DNA of 64,000 nucleotides, from assembly GCA_020632155.1 (NCBI GenBank), contig JACKGE010000001.1:156011-220010 (forward strand). Reading direction: 5' to 3'. The position numbers were made by a program, and so were the translations under genes. Positions 47,337 through 56,339 of the stretch are shown piece after piece. A model generated the notes under the pieces. The model saw nothing but the letters and a program-made list of their open reading frames with translations. It ran no database searches and was not told the DNA's origin. Within the stretch, counting starts at the first letter, position 1, and every line of letters begins with the position of its first letter. Source of the stretch: Candidatus Nomurabacteria bacterium (GTDB taxonomy: Bacteria; Patescibacteriota; Minisyncoccia; Phycocordibacterales; UBA918).

Positions 47337-49420
47337 TGTTTGCAAGACAAAAAGAGAGCAGGTTAGTGGCAACATTGTTAGTTGGACTGCTGTTTGCGTT
47401 TTTTGCCAGCGCCGTGGCACTCCCCGTTCACGCCCAAGGAGTTCCAAGTCCTGAGGGAGCAACGGCTGCAAAACAAACGGCAGATGGTCAGCCTGCACCC
47501 CAATCAGATGCACCCGAAGCGAGTAAAAGCGGTCCGATTCAAAAAGGTTCTGATGTGGCTAAAGACAAAAGTGCGCAGTATATCTACGACTTTTTTATCA
47601 TGATCGGCGGCGGGGCGGTGTGGCTTGGCGGCATGTTGCTTGACACCTCTATCGATGTCCTTGCTGTCAACATGGGAAAATTCGTACAGAACAATATGCT
47701 CTCTGCCATAAACGAGCTGTGGAAGGTCATTCGCGATATCTTTAATCTTCTCTTTATATTCGGTTTAATTTACATTGGCTTTCAAACCATTCTAGGAGAC
47801 GACACCAATATGCGGCGCGGCTTGGTAACACTTATTGCAGCAGCTCTGTTGATAAACTTCAGCCTCTTTTTCACTAAAGTGATTGTTGATTTTTCCAATG
47901 TGGCTGCGTATCAAGTGTATGAATTACTAGGTGGAGCCAATGCCACCTACCAAGCCACCAGTGAATCTGACCCCTTTAAAGGTATTGCTGCTGCGGTGAT
48001 GCTGCGCTCCCAGCTTAACTCCTATGCTAACCAACAGACAGATCAGGGCACAAAAAAACTTGAGTGGGGTCAGGCCGTCTTTTACGGCTTTATGGTGATG
48101 TGCATGATGTTAATGGCCGCGTTCGTCTTTTTGGCTGGTAGTTTTATGCTCATCAGCCGCTTTTTGGTGTTAGTGATAGGCATGATCCTATCTCCACTAC
48201 TTTTTCTCGGTATGGTCTTCCCACAGTTTTCGGGCACTAGCAAGGGCTGGTGGACAACCTTTCTCAAAAACGCCTTTGTAGCACCAGCCTATCTTTTTAT
48301 GGTTTACCTATCGCTGCGAGTCCTTGAAGGTATCAATGCCAGCGAAGCCATCTACGCTTCATTCACTGATGGTGGTGGTTTTACGGTTTTCATTACCTTC
48401 TGTCTGGTAATCGGCTTTTTATACGCGTCACTCCTAGTAGCCCAAAACATGGGAGGGAAGGGTGCCAAGATGGCCATCGGTGCCGCTCACTCAGTGCGTA
48501 AACAAGTACAAACCGCGGCTGGTAACGTTGTACTAGGGGGCACGGCTAAAGGTTTGCGCGCTACTGTTGGAAGAGCCGCCTACAATAGGGCTAATGACGA
48601 GAGTCTAAAAGACAAAGCGGCCAATAGCTGGATTGCGAGACAAAGACTCAAAACAGCGACTATGCTTAGCGGCAGTAGTCTTGATGCACGTCAGGTTGGT
48701 GGTGTTGGTAAGAGACTTGGTATTGGTACGGGTAGAAAGGGTGGCTTTTCTGGCGAGCAGGAAAAGGTCACTAAGGCAGAGAAGGGATTTGCCGATCGTC
48801 TTGGTACAGTTGATGATAAGGACGCATCAGTTGCCTACTTAAAAGATAGAATTGGTGACACAGAGGAGGCTATAAAGCTAACAAAAATCAACCTAGCAGC
48901 AGCTTCTAAACCTGAGGACAAACGTCGCTACGCTGCTGAGCGCGATCAGCTTGAAGAAGAGCTTAAGAAACGTCAGTCTGACTACAAAAAAGAAAAAGGT
49001 CGTCGCCAAAGTGGTAGCGTAGTTGATGGTACTAAGGTCGCTGAACAGAGACAAAAAGAGGAGCCTATCCGAACTCAGATCGTTACCTTGCGAGAGGCAC
49101 GTCAAGTAGCTGTCAGTAGCGGTAACGCTGAAAGAGTAGCAGACATTGATAACCAGCTCTTAGAACAACATAAACGACTAGAAACCATGCAAGCTAGTTT
49201 TGTACAAGAAGAAGCAAAAGGTGGTTACGGTAATGTGGTACAGAATCGGGGCAGACTTACATCTTGGATCACTGGGCGGGAGCGTGTTAAAAACAGAAAT
49301 GCTGGAGAAGAAATACTTAAGGCAGCTGGAAAAAAGGTTAAACAAACCAAAGATGACGAACATTTCCAGAGTCTTCGTGATGATCTTGGTAAACTTAACA
49401 ACGATAAAGATAATGCCTAA
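47333..49420 (+). CDS. VirB6/TrbL-like polytopic membrane protein: signal peptide, at least 6 TM, long charged coiled-coil C-terminal tail
   Basis: Topology typical of T4SS VirB6/TrbL inner-membrane channel proteins; assignment by architecture and context only. Confidence 0.45.
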   Translation: MMFARQKESRLVATLLVGLLFAFFASAVALPVHAQGVPSPEGATAAKQTADGQPAPQSDAPEASKSGPIQKGSDVAKDKSAQYIYDFFIMIGGGAVWLGGMLLDTSIDVLAVNMGKFVQNNMLSAINELWKVIRDIFNLLFIFGLIYIGFQTILGDDTNMRRGLVTLIAAALLINFSLFFTKVIVDFSNVAAYQVYELLGGANATYQATSESDPFKGIAAAVMLRSQLNSYANQQTDQGTKKLEWGQAVFYGFMVMCMMLMAAFVFLAGSFMLISRFLVLVIGMILSPLLFLGMVFPQFSGTSKGWWTTFLKNAFVAPAYLFMVYLSLRVLEGINASEAIYASFTDGGGFTVFITFCLVIGFLYASLLVAQNMGGKGAKMAIGAAHSVRKQVQTAAGNVVLGGTAKGLRATVGRAAYNRANDESLKDKAANSWIARQRLKTATMLSGSSLDARQVGGVGKRLGIGTGRKGGFSGEQEKVTKAEKGFADRLGTVDDKDASVAYLKDRIGDTEEAIKLTKINLAAASKPEDKRRYAAERDQLEEELKKRQSDYKKEKGRRQSGSVVDGTKVAEQRQKEEPIRTQIVTLREARQVAVSSGNAERVADIDNQLLEQHKRLETMQASFVQEEAKGGYGNVVQNRGRLTSWITGRERVKNRNAGEEILKAAGKKVKQTKDDEHFQSLRDDLGKLNNDKDNA

Positions 49421-49422
49421 CT

Positions 49423-49995
49423 ATGAATGACATGCTACCAGATCAGAAACGAACGCTTCAGAAAAGCTTCCTTGAAGCCCCAGAACGAGTCAAGGAATTA
49501 CTCCTCGGCAGGGTCTTTGATCGAGTATTTAGCGACATAGGTTCAAAATACCGACTTGACACCAAACAACGTAAATTAGCAGAAAATGATGCGACATTGG
49601 TACTCTTAGCCTTCCTGCCGCGTCAAGGTATGTCACAGCGACTGGCTGAAGAGCTGGGGGTGAGTAAAGATGTTGCTGAGGGTATCTTCAAGGACCTTAA
49701 CGATAAGCTGTTTGCACTAGTGGTGGACATTCTTTCAGAAGTCGAAACCGAGTTGTTTACATTCGACCCAGCAGATATGGCTCTGGACGATGAGACCCCT
49801 AACACAAATACGAGTCCTGTCGAGCGTATGCGCACTATGGAAGGAGACCTTAAACGTATCCATGGGTATGGTTCATTTGGTGAACTCTATGGTACCGGAG
49901 ACGATGAAGTACATCACTCTAGCCAAGAGGAGCTGGTGAAAAAACCGAGTCTCACCGACTTACCGCGCTACAACCCGAATACTCCAAACGAGTGA
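49423..49995 (+). CDS. Hypothetical cytoplasmic protein within the T4SS-like cluster
   Basis: Clean ORF 3 nt after the preceding stop. Confidence 0.45.
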   Translation: MNDMLPDQKRTLQKSFLEAPERVKELLLGRVFDRVFSDIGSKYRLDTKQRKLAENDATLVLLAFLPRQGMSQRLAEELGVSKDVAEGIFKDLNDKLFALVVDILSEVETELFTFDPADMALDDETPNTNTSPVERMRTMEGDLKRIHGYGSFGELYGTGDDEVHHSSQEELVKKPSLTDLPRYNPNTPNE

Positions 49996-50051
49996 CTCCA
50001 TTACCTGACTTATCAACGTCCGTCTCACTCAAGATGGCGTATAATTGAGGT

Positions 50052-50462
50052 ATGAGATTTGAAGTACCGCAATTCATTGAGATTGAAGATAAAATATTTG
50101 GCCCCTTTACATGGCGCCAATTCATCTATATCGGGGGTGGCGCTGGTATCGCTACAGTCTTGTTCTTTGTAGCACCTTTTTTCATCTTTGTGCTCTTTGG
50201 ACTACCAATCGCTGGACTGACGTTCTTACTCGGTTTCTATCCGATTAATAACCAGCCATTTTCAATCTTTCTTGAGTCGATGGTTGGGTATTTTCGAAAT
50301 AGTCGACTTTACCTGTGGCGAAAATCAGGTACTGGTGTCTATGGTCAAGACGAGGACGAGGCGCAAAGCAGTCAAAGCTATTCAGTACCTACCTCAGGTA
50401 GCAACCTTACCTCACTGTCCCGCAAGCTGGAACTAAAAGCCATTCAGCGCCAAAGTAATTGA
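50052..50462 (+). CDS. PrgI/VirB3-like small T4SS membrane protein
   Basis: The N-terminal IEIEDKIFGPFTWRQFIYIGGG motif followed by two TM helices, as in the PrgI family of Gram-positive conjugation systems. Confidence 0.55.
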   Translation: MRFEVPQFIEIEDKIFGPFTWRQFIYIGGGAGIATVLFFVAPFFIFVLFGLPIAGLTFLLGFYPINNQPFSIFLESMVGYFRNSRLYLWRKSGTGVYGQDEDEAQSSQSYSVPTSGSNLTSLSRKLELKAIQRQSN

Positions 50463-51091
50463 TTATGTCAAACAAACAAGCTTCAACTCAGAACTTCGTA
50501 CCAGTCCGTGATATCAAAGATAACGTGGCAATTTTAAAAAATGGTCAGCTCAACATGGTGCTCTTGGCCTCATCAGTAAACTTCGCTCTTAAATCACTCG
50601 ACGAACAGGCAGCCATATTGGCACAATTCCAGTCATTTTTAAATACACTTGATTTTTCAGTGCAATTCTACGTGCAGTCACGGAAACTCAATATCAAACC
50701 CTATATAGAAAAATTACGAGCTCGCGAATCAGAACAGTACAACGACCTCATGTCTATTCAGTTACGTGAGTATATTCAGTTTGTGCAGGCATTTACCAGT
50801 GAGGTGAATATCATGAGTAAGAATTTTTTCGTTGTTGTCCCTTATACACCGGTAGCTGCTAATCTACAGTCGGGCATTCCTGATTTTTTTGGAAAGAAAA
50901 AAACCTACTTTGACGATAAAAATTTTGCTGAGCATAAATCACAGCTAGAGCAGCGCGTACTCTTAGTTGAGCAAGGTCTCAGCCGAATCGGTGTACGAAG
51001 TATCGTGCTTGAAAGCGAGGAGCTGGTAGAATTGTTCTATCATACCTTCAACCCAGGGGACATCGAGGGTGAAGCACCAAATAGTAAATGA
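50459..51091 (+). CDS. Hypothetical T4SS-associated protein resembling the VirB4/TrbE N-terminal domain
   Basis: VAILKNGQLNMVLLASSVNF…FLNTLDFSVQFYVQSRK resembles the TrbE/VirB4 N-domain pattern; the stop lies 1 nt before the VirB4 ATG (TGAtATG). Confidence 0.35.
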   Translation: MIMSNKQASTQNFVPVRDIKDNVAILKNGQLNMVLLASSVNFALKSLDEQAAILAQFQSFLNTLDFSVQFYVQSRKLNIKPYIEKLRARESEQYNDLMSIQLREYIQFVQAFTSEVNIMSKNFFVVVPYTPVAANLQSGIPDFFGKKKTYFDDKNFAEHKSQLEQRVLLVEQGLSRIGVRSIVLESEELVELFYHTFNPGDIEGEAPNSK

Positions 51092-51092
51092 T

Positions 51093-52907
51093 ATGGGTTT
51101 GTTTGATCTCATAAAAAAGAATACCGGGCCAGAAACAACTACCCCGAAGACACTCAACACCGAAACAGCTTTGATGACTCTTGAGGATGTAGTGGCTCCA
51201 TCAGCTGTAAATGTTCAACCACGGAGTATCAATATCAGTGGTACTAATGCCCGTGTATTCTTTGCAGTTTCGTACCCGCGCTACCTCAATGATGGTTGGC
51301 TTGAACCGATCCTCAATCTCGAACGGGAAATGGACATCAGTATCATGATCCACCCGATTGATACTGCGGAGACCTTAAAGAAATTCCAAAAGAAAGTAGC
51401 CGAGGTGCAAAGCCAGATTAATATCCGCGCTGAACAAGGTTTAGTACGTGATCCGCAACTCGAAGCTGCCTACCGCAACCTTGAGGACCTGCGCGATAAA
51501 CTGATGCAAGCAGAGGAAAAGCTTTTCAATACCGGTCTTTATATTGCTATCTATGGAACTGATGAAGCTGAGCTCAATAAGACTGAAGCAGAAATCAAAG
51601 GAATTCTTGATTCCCGTCTGGTGTATATAAAACCCGCGCTCTTTCAGCAAGAGCAGGGGTTTAAGAGCATCATCCCAACCATGACCGACGAGCTGTTGGT
51701 CCATAGCAAGTTCAACTCCTCTCCGCTTTCTAGCTTTTTCCCATTTACGTCATTTGATCTTACCTCTGACAACGGGATTCTCTACGGCATAAACCGCCAT
51801 AACTCTTCTCTCATTCTCTTTGATCGTTTCCAACTAACAAACTACAACTCTGTGACCTTCGCCACATCAGGTGCTGGAAAGTCATACACAACAAAGTTGG
51901 AAATCTTACGCTCACTTATGTTCGGCGCTGAGGTTATTGTCATCGACCCTGAGCGTGAGTATGAGTACCTCGCGGAGGCCACGGGTGGCCGATTCTTCAA
52001 CATTTCACTCTCGTCCTCACACCACATCAACCCATTTGACCTACCATTGCCGCAAAAAGACGAGAGTCCTGAAGATGTACTACGCTCACATATCATTGAG
52101 CTTATTGGCCTCTTCCGGCTTATGCTTGGTGGCCTTGCGCCGGAAGAAGAGACCGTCATCGATCAAGCACTCCATGAAGTGTACGCCCTGAAGGATATCA
52201 GCGGTGACGTGGATTTCTCGCAGCTTGAGCCGCCACTCCTCACAGACTTTGAAATGGTACTGGCCGGTATGGAAGGCAGTGCCTCGCTTATCTCGCGTCT
52301 GCAAAAATACACCTCTGGTACGTGGTCAGGCTTTATGAATCAGCCAACTAACGTAGATGTGAACCAAAAGTTCGTGGTCTTCTCTCTTCGCGATATGGAG
52401 GATGAACTGAAGACCATCGCCATGTACATCATTACCAACCACATTTGGAGCGCTATCCGTAGGCGCCTCCAGAAGCGCCTCCTTGTTATCGACGAGGCGT
52501 GGTGGATGATGAAGTCTGAAGACACCGCCTCCTTCCTCTTTTCTCTTGCTAAGCGCGGCCGCAAATACTACCTTGGTCTTTCTACTATCACCCAAGACGT
52601 AAGTGACTTCTTGCGTTCGCCATACGGGGTACCAATGATCACCAACTCTTCATTGCAGCTACTCATGAAACAGTCACCTACCTCTATTGATACCATCCAG
52701 CAAACCTTTAATCTCACTGATGAAGAAAAAATGCTCCTTCTCGAGTCGAGTGTGGGGGAGGGAATCTTCTTTGCGGGCCTCAAGCACGTAGCCATCAAGG
52801 TCATTGCCTCATACACTGAAGACCAGATTATCACCTCTGATCCATCGCAGATATTACAAATAAGAAATGCCCGCGCAGAACTAGAAGCTGCTGAGGGTAG
52901 CGCTTAG
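51093..52907 (+). CDS. virB4: VirB4/TrbE/PrgJ-family T4SS ATPase
   Basis: Walker A FATSGAGKSYTTK, Walker B LLVIDEAWWM, and the C-terminal VirB4 motifs. Confidence 0.8.
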   Translation: MGLFDLIKKNTGPETTTPKTLNTETALMTLEDVVAPSAVNVQPRSINISGTNARVFFAVSYPRYLNDGWLEPILNLEREMDISIMIHPIDTAETLKKFQKKVAEVQSQINIRAEQGLVRDPQLEAAYRNLEDLRDKLMQAEEKLFNTGLYIAIYGTDEAELNKTEAEIKGILDSRLVYIKPALFQQEQGFKSIIPTMTDELLVHSKFNSSPLSSFFPFTSFDLTSDNGILYGINRHNSSLILFDRFQLTNYNSVTFATSGAGKSYTTKLEILRSLMFGAEVIVIDPEREYEYLAEATGGRFFNISLSSSHHINPFDLPLPQKDESPEDVLRSHIIELIGLFRLMLGGLAPEEETVIDQALHEVYALKDISGDVDFSQLEPPLLTDFEMVLAGMEGSASLISRLQKYTSGTWSGFMNQPTNVDVNQKFVVFSLRDMEDELKTIAMYIITNHIWSAIRRRLQKRLLVIDEAWWMMKSEDTASFLFSLAKRGRKYYLGLSTITQDVSDFLRSPYGVPMITNSSLQLLMKQSPTSIDTIQQTFNLTDEEKMLLLESSVGEGIFFAGLKHVAIKVIASYTEDQIITSDPSQILQIRNARAELEAAEGSA

Positions 52908-52910
52908 GCT

Positions 52911-53576
52911 ATGGTCGTTCAAGCTGCAGCGGCCGCGGGCGTGCGAGTGGCGGCCAAGAAGGCGGCCACAAAAACTGCGACTAGGAACACCTCACGGATG
53001 ACACCGGGGATACATAACGCTAAAATTGTTACTCGTCGTACGGTGGACCGTAACACGGCCCTCACTCAACAACGTGCTCGAACCCCAAATGCAGCAAGTC
53101 ATCGTCGTAATCGCTTTACTAACGCAGGCGAACAATCCAAAACGCATGGGAGTGAGTCGGCTCCACTATCAGCGATAGCTGAAGGACGACGCGAGTTTGC
53201 TTTTTTCATCGGCAATATGGTTGCGTGGCCATTGGCCGCACCCCAATTGGTTATGGGGGTACTCACTATCATATCTCTTGTGGCGTGGATAGGAGCTGAA
53301 GAATTGTCGTGGGGACTGTCTGACTACATATTGCCAACTGACATTATATTTACTATCAACTGGGGAGCAGCGATAGTACTTGGCCTATTGTCATTAGCTG
53401 GAGTAACGTTTATTCTTCTTTTAGTCGGGAAAATACCCATTTTTAGCAGGTTTAGTCGTCTGTTTTTACTTGTTATATTTATGGCGCTCACTATATTCCC
53501 AATGACCTCATTTATTCCTTTTGGACTTATCTTCCTGTGGATTATCCGACTAACCCACCACCGAAAAAACTCGTAA
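52911..53576 (+). CDS. Hypothetical 4-TM membrane protein with an Arg/Lys-rich N-terminus; part of the T4SS-like cluster
   Basis: Basic N-terminal 90 aa followed by four hydrophobic helices. Confidence 0.45.
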   Translation: MVVQAAAAAGVRVAAKKAATKTATRNTSRMTPGIHNAKIVTRRTVDRNTALTQQRARTPNAASHRRNRFTNAGEQSKTHGSESAPLSAIAEGRREFAFFIGNMVAWPLAAPQLVMGVLTIISLVAWIGAEELSWGLSDYILPTDIIFTINWGAAIVLGLLSLAGVTFILLLVGKIPIFSRFSRLFLLVIFMALTIFPMTSFIPFGLIFLWIIRLTHHRKNS

Positions 53577-53615
53577 CGAAGCGATATGCTATCCTAAAGA
53601 GACCAATAGGATTCC

Positions 53616-54317
53616 ATGTTAAGGATTATAACAATACTGATGGGAGGGGTGCTTTTGGCAGGGTACACCACACCTGCATTGGCACAAATAACTAATGATT
53701 CCCTTCATATCTACTTTGAACCACAAACGATCACACCCGATCTCTATTTTGGCCGTAGTGAAGCGACAGTCGGTAGTACCGTGCGAGCCGTAGCAATAAT
53801 TAATGGTGAGAATGATCCTTCGGAGCATTACTATCGTTGGCACGCTGGCGCAGAGAATATTGGAGCCGGCATTGCCAAAGGACAAAATACCGTAGACATC
53901 CCGTTGTTGTTTAGTGACGAATCGATAATCAGTGTGGATGTGTACGACAAAGACCTTACGTTGCTAGCTACCGCTTCTGAGTTCCTCGAACTCAGCGAAC
54001 CAGAAGTGCATTTTTATGAAGACAATCCATTGCGTGGCATGTCCACAACCGCCATGGGTGACTCATACATACTGACCGGCAACGAAATCAGGGTCCGTGC
54101 AATACCATATTTTATGTCAAAGGATATTTTGACAAACAATCCAAAACTCGTTTGGAGTCTTGACCGCCAGACCACAAAAAATATAAATGGTGACCCTCTA
54201 CTTTTGACCTTAGAAGCCCCCGAAGGAAAAAGCGGAAAGACGTTAGTTGAGTTTTATCTGCATAACACCAAGAATTTATTGCAATCGGTTTCAGAAAAGG
54301 TGCTTATCTCTTTTTAG
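53616..54317 (+). CDS. Hypothetical secreted protein (signal peptide) in the T4SS-like cluster
   Basis: Signal peptide MLRIITILMGGVLLAGYTTPALA. Confidence 0.45.
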   Translation: MLRIITILMGGVLLAGYTTPALAQITNDSLHIYFEPQTITPDLYFGRSEATVGSTVRAVAIINGENDPSEHYYRWHAGAENIGAGIAKGQNTVDIPLLFSDESIISVDVYDKDLTLLATASEFLELSEPEVHFYEDNPLRGMSTTAMGDSYILTGNEIRVRAIPYFMSKDILTNNPKLVWSLDRQTTKNINGDPLLLTLEAPEGKSGKTLVEFYLHNTKNLLQSVSEKVLISF

Positions 54318-54318
54318 T

Positions 54319-55473
54319 ATGAACAAAACACTCTTTATCAGCATACTTGGTACCATAACACTTTTGGTTTTAGGTCTATGGTTTTACCTTATATTCAATG
54401 GGACACCTGAATCAACAAGTGATATCTTCACTAACTTTAGCCTCGGTGGAAACAGCCCTGAACGACCAGCAGTAATTACCGAGAAGTCGAACGATCCAAG
54501 TACTGTCGTTGATACCAGCAGCCACACACTCAACCAACTCACCACTAAATCGGTAGCAGGCTATGTAGCTATAAACAGCACTTCGAGTAGTATGGTACGC
54601 TACGCCGAACGAGGCACTGGCTATATATTTGATATTGATCTAGGAACTGGACAGGAAGAGCGGCGTTCTGGTACTACCTTTACACGAATAACACAGGCCA
54701 CCTTCTCACCATCTGGAAACTGGGTGCTGCTGCAGAGTGATACTGATACTGAGCTAGTGTACCTAACTGCTAGTAGTACATACGGTACAGCCGAAACTAT
54801 TACAGAAAAAGTAGAAAATGTCAGCTTCACTGACACAGCGCTATACTACACCGTTCGTACCTCAGACAGCACTGTTGGAATTCGACGTGACTTGGTAAGT
54901 GGTGCACAGACTGAGATATTTTCTACTCCCCTGACTGAAATTGACGTTGTGTGGTCTGGTGATTCAGCATATTTCTTTAATCGACCATCAGCGCTGATGC
55001 GCGGCAGTGTGTATAGATTGTCAGGCAGTACCCATAGTCTTCTTTTTGGTCCAGAGTACGGTTTGTTCGCCACGCAGCTAACCGCCGCCACGTGGCTGGT
55101 AAGCACTATTGATACAGAAAAACAAACATACCAGACCATAGTCTTAGATGAAGCAAACAATAGCCAGCAACTAATAGCAATAATGGGTCTGCCCGGTAAA
55201 TGTGATTACAGTGAAAACCATGGTCTATGGTGCCTTGGATCGCTGGACTTAGAACCAAGACCTGACGCTGTACACGATTGGTTTGTTGGCGCTGCCGATA
55301 GCAGCGATCTCATTTGGTCAGTTGATATGGAGACTGGTGAAGCCACCTTGTCAGAAGACCCGTACGAAACACTTGGATACACGTTAGATGGTCAAGCGGC
55401 CACTATAAAGGGTACTAGGTTTTTCTTTATCAACCGCACCAATAGTTCTCTCTGGAGCTATGACCTAGAATAA
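54319..55473 (+). CDS. Hypothetical N-terminally anchored extracellular protein (about 385 aa) in the T4SS-like cluster
   Basis: Start chosen at MNKTLF, 1 nt after the upstream stop; TM anchor then a Ser/Thr-rich, beta-rich domain. Confidence 0.45.
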   Translation: MNKTLFISILGTITLLVLGLWFYLIFNGTPESTSDIFTNFSLGGNSPERPAVITEKSNDPSTVVDTSSHTLNQLTTKSVAGYVAINSTSSSMVRYAERGTGYIFDIDLGTGQEERRSGTTFTRITQATFSPSGNWVLLQSDTDTELVYLTASSTYGTAETITEKVENVSFTDTALYYTVRTSDSTVGIRRDLVSGAQTEIFSTPLTEIDVVWSGDSAYFFNRPSALMRGSVYRLSGSTHSLLFGPEYGLFATQLTAATWLVSTIDTEKQTYQTIVLDEANNSQQLIAIMGLPGKCDYSENHGLWCLGSLDLEPRPDAVHDWFVGAADSSDLIWSVDMETGEATLSEDPYETLGYTLDGQAATIKGTRFFFINRTNSSLWSYDLE

Positions 55474-55477
55474 CTGC

Positions 55478-56278
55478 ATGGTGTTAGTGTCTCGTATAGA
55501 AAAAAGCTGGAGTACCTTCAAAGTAGCTTTTTTTATTCTAAGCTTGTTAGTAATACCACTGCTAGGTCAAGCTGCTGGCCCCAGCACCCTCGTTGATATA
55601 CCACAGGTAAATAGTGCCAACGGTATTAATGGATATATTGAAGCGCTCTATACACTAGCTATCACTGCAGCTTCCCTCATTGCTATTATTCAACTCATCA
55701 AGGCTGGTTCAAAATATGTCTTTTCAGCGGTGGTGACTGACAAAGGTGAAGCAAAAAAAGATATCCGTAATGCTCTGATCGGCCTCTTGATCATCATTGG
55801 TGCGGTCACCATTTTAAATGAGATCAATCCGCAGTTGACCAACTTGAATATACTCGGTAACGCTACGCAACTAACAAATCCGGGAGGGAGTAATGTGCCT
55901 GATCTTTCTATCCCCGACTACTTAAAACCTTCATCAAATCAGAATTTGAGTTTGATAAAGTGTTCTGGGCAAAAAAATGATGTCGGGGAATTAGATTGTA
56001 GTGCGGCGATACAGAAATGTCTGAACCAAAATGGTACCACTAGAAATAACAAGGTTATGAGTGGCAATTTGTTATGTTACACAAATGTACAAACGTGTAA
56101 CGGTTACTACGATCAGCAGACAAAGACTTGTTATGATAATACTGTTGGCCTTGGGGAGGAATTTTCACAAGAGGGTGAAAATATTAGACAACAAGAATGC
56201 CTGCGTGTAACCCAATCACAAGGAGAATATATAAATGGCGTTTGTTACAGACGTGCTAATACGGGACAAGGCCTGTAA
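55478..56278 (+). CDS. VirB2/TrbC-like pilin-domain protein (signal peptide plus two hydrophobic helices) fused to a 10-Cys C-terminal domain; paralog A
   Basis: Helix-loop-helix pilin-like core (LYTLAITAASLIAIIQLIKAGSKYVF…ALIGLLIIIGAVTIL); C-terminal CSGQKNDVGELDCSAAIQKCLNQ…. Confidence 0.5.
   Translation: MVLVSRIEKSWSTFKVAFFILSLLVIPLLGQAAGPSTLVDIPQVNSANGINGYIEALYTLAITAASLIAIIQLIKAGSKYVFSAVVTDKGEAKKDIRNALIGLLIIIGAVTILNEINPQLTNLNILGNATQLTNPGGSNVPDLSIPDYLKPSSNQNLSLIKCSGQKNDVGELDCSAAIQKCLNQNGTTRNNKVMSGNLLCYTNVQTCNGYYDQQTKTCYDNTVGLGEEFSQEGENIRQQECLRVTQSQGEYINGVCYRRANTGQGL
55575..55900 (+). repeat. 326 bp direct repeat copy 1 (100% identical to 56446-56771), covering the pilin-like core of paralog A
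   Basis: Exact nucleotide identity found by direct comparison. Confidence 0.9.
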
Positions 56279-56339
56279 TAAATGTGGGCTGTCAACATAA
56301 ACAGATCCTGCTTTAAGGGTTATGGCCTAGAATAAAGGC

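Noticed and set aside
51069-51091. Authentic frameshift or pseudogenisation of VirB4
   Set aside because: The junction reads TGAtATG with a clean ATG start 1 nt after the stop. Translational coupling of two polypeptides is therefore at least as likely. I kept it as a finding to check.
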